NCBI GenBank assembly: GCA_050633245.1
Contig: JBOEGD010000016.1
Coordinates: forward strand, 90,748 to 154,747
Length of the DNA stretch: 64,000 bases
From: Calditrichia bacterium
Lineage (GTDB): Bacteria; Calditrichota; Calditrichia; RBG-13-44-9; J075
Direction: 5' to 3'
The stretch's first letter is position 1; each line of letters starts with the position of its first letter. A program made the position numbers and the translations under genes. The notes beneath the pieces were generated by a model. That model was not told the origin of the DNA and searched no databases. It saw only the letters and a list, made by a program, of their open reading frames with translations. This document shows positions 56,487-64,000 of this stretch, piece by piece.

Positions 56487-59400
56487 ATGGCGAATTCAGA
56501 ACATCTTGCCATAATCAAGTCCGGCGTTGAGGAGTGGAACGCCTGGCGAAAAAAGAATCTGGACATTTCTCCCGATTTACGTGACGCAAACTTGCGCGGC
56601 GCTCAGCTTGATAATGCCATTTTGCGGGATGCCGATTTGTCAGGTGCAAATCTATCCGGTGCATCGCTTAAGGAAGCAGATCTTAGCAAAGCGGTTATAA
56701 ATGAAGCCAATCTGTCTGGTGCAGATCTTAGCCGGGCAAATCTATATCGCGCAAAAATGCGGCGCTGCAACCTTACCGGTGCAGACATGCGTCAGGTCGT
56801 GCTCTATCAGGCTAATCTCACCTACGCAAATCTCTCGCGAGCCAATTTAAGCAAGGCCAACCTGCGAAAAGCCAATGTGTCTAAGGCAGATCTCAGTAAG
56901 GTCTACTTCAGCAAAGGCAAAGCCGAAGAAACCAGTTTTAATGAAGCCAATTTAGAAAAAGCGAACCTCTACGAGTCCAATCTTGTACAGGCCGACCTTA
57001 CCGATGCCAACCTGTCCGGTGCGGTAATGTATAAAGCAAATCTTTCGGAAGCCGATTTCGAAGGCGCCAATCTTAAAAATGCCAATCTAAACCTGACCAA
57101 TTTACAGAACGCGACGCTCAACCGCACTCAGCTCGAAGGTGCCAAGCTTACCGGTTCTACCGTGAGCAATATTTCGATTCATGATGCAGTGCATAGCAAT
57201 AGCGAACAGCTCGACCTTGTTGTAACGCAATCTGATGGCGTGCTGGTTAAATGTGATGATATGCGCGTTGCCAATCAGCTTGAAAAGCTGTTAAGGCACG
57301 ATGATTTTGAAAACACGCTCGATTCCAACAAGCTGGTCGTATTGCTCGGCAACTTTTCCGCCGATCGCAAGATAATCAAAGGACGTATTCTGGAAGAAGT
57401 GCGTAAAGACGGCCTCAATCCTCTGCAGTTGGAATGTCTGTCTACACCGGAAGCTGAATTTAGAGCGAAGCTCAATCGGCTGGCCGGTGCAACAAACTGG
57501 TTGATTTTCGATGCTACGCAGGCAGCCGACCTAATCGATCAGGTTCTGCCGATTCTTACCAATTACCCGGACCTGAAGGTAACGGCGTTTGTGGAATCCG
57601 CTACCCGTTGGCAGGTGGCTACACCATTTGCTCATTATGTAGAGCGCTTTCCGCTTGGAGAATATGAAAACCCCGAAGATATTCCCGAACTACTTTCCTT
57701 TAGCCGCTCGCAGGAAACTCAGGCACCGCGCCTGATTATTCTTCCGGACGACGCTGCGGCCGTAGAAGAGCCACAAGCGCAACCTCAAGAAATTCCAGAT
57801 TCCGAAGAGACGATCCAGCTGAATCCTGCTGAGATTATGGCACTTGCCGGTAAGGATGCAGAAATAGAGGCTGAGGTAGAAGAAAATCTTGAAGCAATTA
57901 GCGAAGAGCTGGTTACCGAGGCCAAAGAGGCAGAAGAAGTTCCTATTGAGGCCGTAGAGGAAGAAATTTCTGTAGAGGAAGACGTTGAAGAAGAAGATAT
58001 TGCGGACGAAGCCCCTGTCGAAGGGCAAAAAGAAGAGGAACAAATAGAAGAAACTGCTAGGGATGAAGACGATTCGGTTGAAGAATTTACCGAAGAAACC
58101 CTCAGCGAACATTATACCGGAGATAACTCCGATAGTTTTATCGGCGAGAATGTAGTGATTGTCCCGGCGAACGGCCAGGCGCCGAGCGTTGCAGCCAGCA
58201 GTGAGACCAAGGCGGAAGACATTGTCATAACCGCGCCGAAAGGTTCAAAAAATCCATTCGCCGATGTAATGAATCCGGTCGAGAAAACCACCAAGAAAAA
58301 AGTGGATCTGAAGTTTCCAACTGCCGGACAAGAACTGATGCCCGCTCAGAAAACGGTTGTCATTTTAGAAGGCGATGAACGTCAACAGACGGTGAAACCG
58401 AAATCGAATTCCAGGATATGGATCGGTCTCGCAGCAGCCGCAGTGCTATTTAGCGGCATGTTTTTTGGTTGGAATCGCCTGCATAGCGACGTAATGATTG
58501 TTGCACCAAAATCTGCGAATGCCTTTATTCAGCTAAACGGCAATGTGGTAAGTCTACATAAACAGGAGGGCGACAAGAGTTATTATCTCGCAGAATCCCA
58601 GTTTATCGGCAACACGCCGCTAACTGTTTTTTCAACTCAGATTTCTGAAATGGGACAGGAAGAATTTGTCCGCTATAAGCGTTACGAAGGCGAAATAGAC
58701 GTGTCTCGTGGTGAAGATGGCATCTTTACGTATGAAGTCGGATTCCAGCCGCTTTATCGCGTTAGCAAGGTGGCAACGGGTAAATTTCCGGCAATCGACG
58801 CAGCCGGAAAGACTATTGCCTACACCAAGGCAGCAGACAATAGCAAGCGCAATGCTCGTCAAGAGCTATATATTAAGGATTTACAGAGTGGTACAGAGAC
58901 TAAAGTCGAGCCGCGAAACCGGCGCTCCCTAAATTGGGATGGCGAGCGGCCTTACCTGCTGGGTGATGGTGAAAGCCTTTTTATTGGCGCCTACCAGTAT
59001 CGTGCCGATAAAACGCTGCCGTATCGCGTGGATTTGGCAAGTGGACAAATGACTAAGCTCGATTTACCGGCAAATGAAAAGTGGCTGAGCTTTTTACCGC
59101 TGGCCGGTGGAGAAAAACTGGCATTTCGCAATAAACTGTATGACGCAGAAGGCAATGAATTAAAAGAGTTCAGCAGCAATCGCCCGTATCTTGATAAGCT
59201 TTATCCCGCGGGAGACGATGGCCTGTTGTTTTTTGACAAGACCAAGAATAAGAAAAACCGCATTAGCTTCGACTGCTACTATAGCAAGTTGGGTTCAGCA
59301 ACTCCACAAAAGCTTTTCTCGGTTTCAGCAAACATTCCGCCTTTTGTTTCCGCATCCAAGAATGCAGAGACCGTTGTCGTGAGCACTTATTCCGGATTGA

Positions 59401-59642
59401 ATCGCGAGTTTCTGTCTACCGTGCGAATGTGGAAAGATGGTCAGTTTGTTGATCTCTCACCACGCTATATCGATGGCTCGAGAGACTATGCAGACGGTAG
59501 TGAATACCATCAGACAGAAGCAGTCGTTGACGCCTCCGGTAAGCACATCGTCTACGAATATGAGAGTAATATCTATCTAATTGAAATTATGGATGGCGTG
59601 ACGTTCGCAGATATTCAGCAGGCGGAAAAGCCGGCGAAGTAA
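56487..59642 (+). CDS. Pentapeptide-repeat protein with TIR-like domain, acidic linker, TM helix and C-terminal TolB-like propeller
   Basis: ATG 56487 after GAGG; MANSEHL...WNAWR cap; long A(D/N)LxX repeat tract; E/D-rich tract; IWIGLAAAAVLFSGMFFGW TM; FPAIDAAGKTIAYT propeller blade. Confidence 0.85.
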   Translation: MANSEHLAIIKSGVEEWNAWRKKNLDISPDLRDANLRGAQLDNAILRDADLSGANLSGASLKEADLSKAVINEANLSGADLSRANLYRAKMRRCNLTGADMRQVVLYQANLTYANLSRANLSKANLRKANVSKADLSKVYFSKGKAEETSFNEANLEKANLYESNLVQADLTDANLSGAVMYKANLSEADFEGANLKNANLNLTNLQNATLNRTQLEGAKLTGSTVSNISIHDAVHSNSEQLDLVVTQSDGVLVKCDDMRVANQLEKLLRHDDFENTLDSNKLVVLLGNFSADRKIIKGRILEEVRKDGLNPLQLECLSTPEAEFRAKLNRLAGATNWLIFDATQAADLIDQVLPILTNYPDLKVTAFVESATRWQVATPFAHYVERFPLGEYENPEDIPELLSFSRSQETQAPRLIILPDDAAAVEEPQAQPQEIPDSEETIQLNPAEIMALAGKDAEIEAEVEENLEAISEELVTEAKEAEEVPIEAVEEEISVEEDVEEEDIADEAPVEGQKEEEQIEETARDEDDSVEEFTEETLSEHYTGDNSDSFIGENVVIVPANGQAPSVAASSETKAEDIVITAPKGSKNPFADVMNPVEKTTKKKVDLKFPTAGQELMPAQKTVVILEGDERQQTVKPKSNSRIWIGLAAAAVLFSGMFFGWNRLHSDVMIVAPKSANAFIQLNGNVVSLHKQEGDKSYYLAESQFIGNTPLTVFSTQISEMGQEEFVRYKRYEGEIDVSRGEDGIFTYEVGFQPLYRVSKVATGKFPAIDAAGKTIAYTKAADNSKRNARQELYIKDLQSGTETKVEPRNRRSLNWDGERPYLLGDGESLFIGAYQYRADKTLPYRVDLASGQMTKLDLPANEKWLSFLPLAGGEKLAFRNKLYDAEGNELKEFSSNRPYLDKLYPAGDDGLLFFDKTKNKKNRISFDCYYSKLGSATPQKLFSVSANIPPFVSASKNAETVVVSTYSGLNREFLSTVRMWKDGQFVDLSPRYIDGSRDYADGSEYHQTEAVVDASGKHIVYEYESNIYLIEIMDGVTFADIQQAEKPAK

Positions 59643-59697
59643 ACGGTGAACAGCGATCGGTGAACGGTGGAATTTAAAACCATTGTCCGATGCCCGA
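59643..59697. repeat. Degenerate heptamer repeats
   Basis: ACGGTGA ACAGCGA TCGGTGA ACGGTGG directly after the 59642 stop, then TGTCCGA TGCCCGA. Confidence 0.6.
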
Positions 59698-59820
59698 TGT
59701 CTCCCGGCTGTCCGGGAATGCCCGATGTAACTATTGACATTCCCCTCTCCCCTACCTTTATTACATAACTCCCTTCAAAAAAAATAGCGTTTTCAACCAC
59801 GGTCTACAGCGGAACCGCTT

Positions 59821-60607
59821 ATGGAACCTGTAACTACTTTACCTTAGCTGCAGTTTACGCGCTTGCCAAAGAAAGCGGACTGACTGACTTTCTGGTAAAA
59901 CAGCCGAAGACAGTGGTAGAGAAGCTGCTGCAAAAGGAGATCACCAGTAAAGTTACCGGAAGCAGGTTTTTACGTGCTTACTTCACGCCACAGGTGAGTG
60001 GCAAGAGCTGGAAGAAGAATTACCGGAGGTCCGTGAGGCCGTATCATTTGCAAAAAAAGACTGATGCTGAATTTGCATGGCACGTCGCCTATGATGCCTA
60101 CCTTTTAATACGCCGAACCGGCTTACTTACTGAGTCTTATTCTATTCCTGAGGAACTGGAAAAGTCGCATTTAAGAAAAAAGATAAATCCATTTTACAGA
60201 GAGTATACAATGGACAAGCGCTGATTCAACAAACTTGGGGCTCGCTGAATAAAGCGATGGATTTAAATAAGCTACAGGAACAACTTTGTCTTGAGCTTGA
60301 TGATAAAGACAGCCTGCAAATCAGCTACGGAAATCAGGCACTCATTCTGAAAGAATGAGGAAGGCTCGACGAGGCTCTAAAATTGCAAAAGAAAAAGGAA
60401 AAAATATGTTTGGAAATAAATAATCGCAGCAGCCTTGGTTATTGCTGGTGGCAGATGGCAGAACTCTATGAAAAATGGAAAAACACTGGAGAGGCGCAAA
60501 AATATGCAGAAAAAGCGCTGAAGATATTTACCGAGTTAAAAATGCCGCGTGAGCGCGATGCAGTTCAGGAATTGGTGGATGGGTTGGAATTGTCGCGTGG
60601 GTCATGA
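59821..60607 (+). pseudogene. Disrupted TPR-repeat protein gene
   Basis: Two apparent -1 frameshifts (~59838, ~60180) and an in-frame TGA at 60356 at the Trp position of a GNQALIL..WGRLDEA repeat. Confidence 0.75.
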
Positions 60608-60665
60608 CCCACGATACGGTTTCGGGATCAGTTCTGTAGTGTGGGTCAAGACCCACACTACAGAA
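60596..60665. repeat. Two related palindromes between convergent genes (GTAG-REP-like)
   Basis: CGTGGGTCATGACCCACG (60596-60613) and TTCTGTAGTGTGGGTC-AA-GACCCACACTACAGAA (60632-60665). Confidence 0.8.
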
Positions 60666-60667
60666 TT

Positions 60668-62758
60668 TTAATTCAGCTTATCCAGCGCATCAAGCAAAAT
60701 ACCCGGCGTAAGAATTTCCGGCAGGATAATCGGTTCTTTGCTGCCATCAGCACTATACAGCACGTACAGCGGAACGCTATTGCGGCCAAATTCGGCAAGT
60801 GCTTTGGTAATGTCGGCATCGCGGGAGGTCCAGTCGGCCATAACTGCATTCACGCCCATTTCCTTAAACGCTGCCTCAACTTCGTCGGTCTCAATTGCAA
60901 ACTTCTTGTTCGCTTGACAGCTCAAGCACCAGGAGGCAGTAAAGTCCACAAATACCGGTTTACCAAGCTGGCGCAGTTCTTCCACCTTACCCGGTGCAAA
61001 GTCCTGCCATTCAATCGGATTAACGCTTTTCCCCGGCTTCAGCATAAAGAAAAAGGCAAGGCCACCAACAACCAGCGCGGTTGCCAGAACCTGTCCGATA
61101 AGCCGCGTTTTTGTCTCACGAGCAATATTGCCCCAGCGACCAAGCACCCAGCCACCAATCGCAATAATCACCAGCGAAACCAGCATAATCATCACGGTGT
61201 CTAACCCACTCTGATCGCCCAATACTTTTAATAACCAAACAACCGTTGCCATCAGCAGGAAGCCCATGAACTGCTTTAGTGACTCCATCCATACGCCGGG
61301 GCGTGGCACAAACTTCAGCAGAGCCGGTGAGGAGGATAACAACACGTAAGGAAAGGCCATGCCAAGCCCAAGGAAGGTAAAGATCATCATGCTTACCCAT
61401 GGTGGTTGACTAAGCGCATATCCCAGCGCAGCGCCCATAAACGGAGCGGTACAGGGCGTTGCAACCACCGTAGCCGTAACCCCGCTCATAAATGAGCCGG
61501 TAAACCCGCTCTTCTCTGCGCCTTGCCCAACGCCCATCAGCGAGGTGCCGATTTCAAACACGCCAAACAAGCTCAATCCAAACAGGAAGAGAAAAACGAT
61601 TAGCACCACCACAAAAATCGGAGACTGCAGGTGAAACCCCCAGCCAAGCTGCTCGCCGCCGGCCTGTAGTGCAATTAGAATTCCCGCAAGCACCCAAAAC
61701 GATGCCAATACGCCGAACATAAAGACCAGGCCGTGCTTGAAGACGCTACTGCTGTCTTCACCGGCCTGCTCAACAAATCCGAGAATTTTTAGCGATAGCA
61801 CCGGCAATACACAGGGCATCACGTTTAAAATCATTCCACCGACAAATGCCGAAAACAGTGCCCACCAGATGCCACTAAGATCGCCGCTGGCAGCAGCACC
61901 TATCGCGCCAAGCACTTTTTCGGTAACCGGCACATCGATATTTAGTGATCTCTCGGCACCGGCACCACGCCAGCCATCATTCGCTACCAGAATTCCGTTA
62001 ATAGACTCTGGCACTTCATCATCTTCAATCAGTAGTGGCAAATCCAGACGGTAGCCGTCTTCAAAGGCAGCAAACTGCTGATCCTTACCAATATCAAAGC
62101 CTTCGCTATCATACGGGAAAAAAGTTAGCCCGGCCATCGAGCCTTCAAAACTCGCCGGCGGGGTTGCCAAAAGACTCAAAGTCGTATCATTGATCGCGGC
62201 CTGAATCGTCCATTCACTATTTTTTATTGGCAGCTGCGCTCTGACCTTGGAAAATGCTTCCACCCATTGCGAGTTTGGCTGTGCCAAATCATGATTTACT
62301 GCAAGCTTTAGCTCCAGAGACGCGTCTTCCGGAATACAGGATTCCTTACAGACCAACCAAGTGGTTTCTGCCTTTAAAGTAACTTCGCTATCGGCCAAAT
62401 CCGCTGGAGGCGTAATATCTACCAACAGCAGCAGCTCATCCTCATAACCAAAGTTTAACAGTCCGGAAAACGGTATGCGTTCCGGAAAGGGCCACTGAAT
62501 CTCACCAGCGCTAAATCCTTCCGGCAAATTCCACTCGATCTCGGGTGCTAATCCCGCATCGCCCGGGTTAATCCAGTAAACATGCCAGTGTGGATCCATT
62601 TCCAGGCGCAGCGCCACGGTAAATGGTGTTGCCGGACGAATGGACTCAACTTCGGAGACCAGTTGTGCCGCAACCTGATCGCTACGAACAATGTTCTGCG
62701 ACCAAAGAGTAGAAGTAAGGATTAGAAAGAGAAGAAAAACGCGGTGAAGTTTCAACAT
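60668..62758 (-). CDS. dsbD: Thiol:disulfide interchange protein (DsbD-type: N-terminal domain, TM domain, thioredoxin)
   Basis: WHVYWINPGDAG, WLVCKESCIP, LNVMPCVLPVLSLK, ATPCTAPFMG, DFTASWCLSCQ. Confidence 0.92.
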   Translation of the reverse strand: MLKLHRVFLLFLILTSTLWSQNIVRSDQVAAQLVSEVESIRPATPFTVALRLEMDPHWHVYWINPGDAGLAPEIEWNLPEGFSAGEIQWPFPERIPFSGLLNFGYEDELLLLVDITPPADLADSEVTLKAETTWLVCKESCIPEDASLELKLAVNHDLAQPNSQWVEAFSKVRAQLPIKNSEWTIQAAINDTTLSLLATPPASFEGSMAGLTFFPYDSEGFDIGKDQQFAAFEDGYRLDLPLLIEDDEVPESINGILVANDGWRGAGAERSLNIDVPVTEKVLGAIGAAASGDLSGIWWALFSAFVGGMILNVMPCVLPVLSLKILGFVEQAGEDSSSVFKHGLVFMFGVLASFWVLAGILIALQAGGEQLGWGFHLQSPIFVVVLIVFLFLFGLSLFGVFEIGTSLMGVGQGAEKSGFTGSFMSGVTATVVATPCTAPFMGAALGYALSQPPWVSMMIFTFLGLGMAFPYVLLSSSPALLKFVPRPGVWMESLKQFMGFLLMATVVWLLKVLGDQSGLDTVMIMLVSLVIIAIGGWVLGRWGNIARETKTRLIGQVLATALVVGGLAFFFMLKPGKSVNPIEWQDFAPGKVEELRQLGKPVFVDFTASWCLSCQANKKFAIETDEVEAAFKEMGVNAVMADWTSRDADITKALAEFGRNSVPLYVLYSADGSKEPIILPEILTPGILLDALDKLN

Positions 62759-62791
62759 GCCAGATAACCTATCTATTCAGGGTGTTTGTTG

Positions 62792-63889
62792 CTAAGCGAT
62801 GCGCTGTTTGGACTTTTCATCAAAGAAATAAATTTTGTCCAGATCAAACGCAACATCCACATTTTCATTTACGCCGTAAGTCTTTTCAGACGTACTGCGG
62901 ATACACAAATTCTCGCCGCCGGTATTAAAATAGAGAAAAACCTCATTTCCTATCGGCTCGACCACATCTATTGAGATGCGCTGTGGATCGGAAAGGTTAC
63001 GCTTCTGATCGTCCCGCAAATCGTAAATATTTTCCGGTCTGATACCAAGCGTAACATCATCACTGCTATTACTGAGCGATTCTGCCAAAGATTCCGGCAG
63101 CTTAAAGTTGATACCCTCGGTCTGAAAGTTCAGGCTGCCGTTGCGCACCAGCTTGCCGGGGATGAAGTTCATCGCCGGGCTTCCGATAAATCCTGCCACA
63201 AATTTATTGGCGGGTTCTTTATACAAATTCATTGGACTGTCCATTTGCTGAACAACACCATCTTTTAGCACCACAATGCGCGTGCCCATCGTCATCGCTT
63301 CAATTTGATCGTGCGTAACATAAACCATCGTAGCCTGTAGCTTATTGTGCAAACGGCTGATTTCTACACGCATCTGAACGCGTAGCTTGGCATCGAGATT
63401 GGAAAGCGGTTCGTCAAAGAGAAAGACCTTTGGCTTACGAACAATGGCGCGACCAATTGCGACGCGCTGTCGCTGTCCACCGGAAAGCGCTTTCGGCCGG
63501 CGATCTAAATATTCACTTATACCCAAAATCTCGGCGGCTTCATTCACGCGAGACTTGATCTCTTCTTCACTGAACTTACGTAGCTTTAAGCCAAACGCCA
63601 TATTGTCAAAAACTGTCATATGCGGATAAAGTGCGTAATTCTGGAATACCATAGCAATATCGCGATCTTTCGGCGGCACATCATTTACTACTCTGTCGCC
63701 AATGCAAATTTCACCTTCGGTAATATCTTCCAATCCGGCGATCATGCGTAAGAGCGTGGACTTTCCGCAACCGGATGGCCCTACCAGTACGACGAACTCT
63801 TTATCTTTTATCGCAACATCAGCGCCTTTAATGACTTCAACATTGCCATCGTAGACCTTTTTTACATTTTTTAGTGTTACGCTTGCCAA
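62792..63889 (-). CDS. ugpC: MalK/UgpC-family sugar or glycerol-3-phosphate ABC ATP-binding protein
   Basis: GPSGCGKST, VFQNYALYPHM, LSGGQRQR, DEPLSNLDAKLR, FIGSP, GIRPE TOBE domain; substrate not determinable. Confidence 0.88.
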   Translation of the reverse strand: MASVTLKNVKKVYDGNVEVIKGADVAIKDKEFVVLVGPSGCGKSTLLRMIAGLEDITEGEICIGDRVVNDVPPKDRDIAMVFQNYALYPHMTVFDNMAFGLKLRKFSEEEIKSRVNEAAEILGISEYLDRRPKALSGGQRQRVAIGRAIVRKPKVFLFDEPLSNLDAKLRVQMRVEISRLHNKLQATMVYVTHDQIEAMTMGTRIVVLKDGVVQQMDSPMNLYKEPANKFVAGFIGSPAMNFIPGKLVRNGSLNFQTEGINFKLPESLAESLSNSSDDVTLGIRPENIYDLRDDQKRNLSDPQRISIDVVEPIGNEVFLYFNTGGENLCIRSTSEKTYGVNENVDVAFDLDKIYFFDEKSKQRIA

Positions 63890-64000
63890 GTCAACTATCC
63901 TCCGGGTTACGTGGGCTTTTCTGCTAAAAAAGATAAGCAGCTATCAGCAATTAATCAAATGGAATTACCGCGTTTCCAAGCCTCAGAAACCGCTTTTGCT

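Noticed and set aside
60356-60358. TGA as Trp or selenocysteine recoding
   Set aside because: TGA terminates intact genes in this window, and the same gene also carries frameshifts.
222-63629. Numerous 60-190-aa ORFs overlapping the called genes
   Set aside because: Antisense or alternate-frame shadows of well-supported CDSs, without SD or motifs.
1803-63889. glpD, GDPD and ugpC as one glycerol-phosphate regulon
   Set aside because: They lie tens of kb apart in unrelated contexts, and I found no shared operator.

Overview
A gene-dense bacterial window with no rRNA, tRNA, CRISPR or intact transposase that I could see. The NYPNPFNP..T.I.F FlgD-Ig/T9SS-A-like C-terminus and strong Shine-Dalgarno usage suggest an FCB-group organism such as Calditrichota/KSB1 (inference). 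The main feature is a minus-strand gene set split into three operon-like blocks across ~8.9-47.8 kb. It combines five 'PQQ-like' beta-propeller proteins, an EhpF-like stand-alone adenylating enzyme with an EhpG/acyl-reductase-like ALDH-fold partner, an Fe-containing ADH, an atypical HemN-like radical SAM enzyme, a CxxC-bearing GT4, a Na+/solute symporter with a small partner, a TonB receptor and a MacB/LolD-type ABC system. No pqq or phz core genes are present in the window. I read it as a candidate uncharacterised small-molecule or cofactor maturation system. Other notable signals: an unannotated 17-aa leader peptide with mutually exclusive SD/anti-SD hairpins in front of rsgA; heptamer tandem repeats placed just after stop codons; REP-like palindromes; an AT-rich TIR + collagen island; a pentapeptide/TIR-like/TM/propeller fusion; a degenerate STAND-like ATPase-MscS pair; vapBC coupled to glpD; and a TPR pseudogene. 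All family calls come from motif recognition by eye, not database searches.
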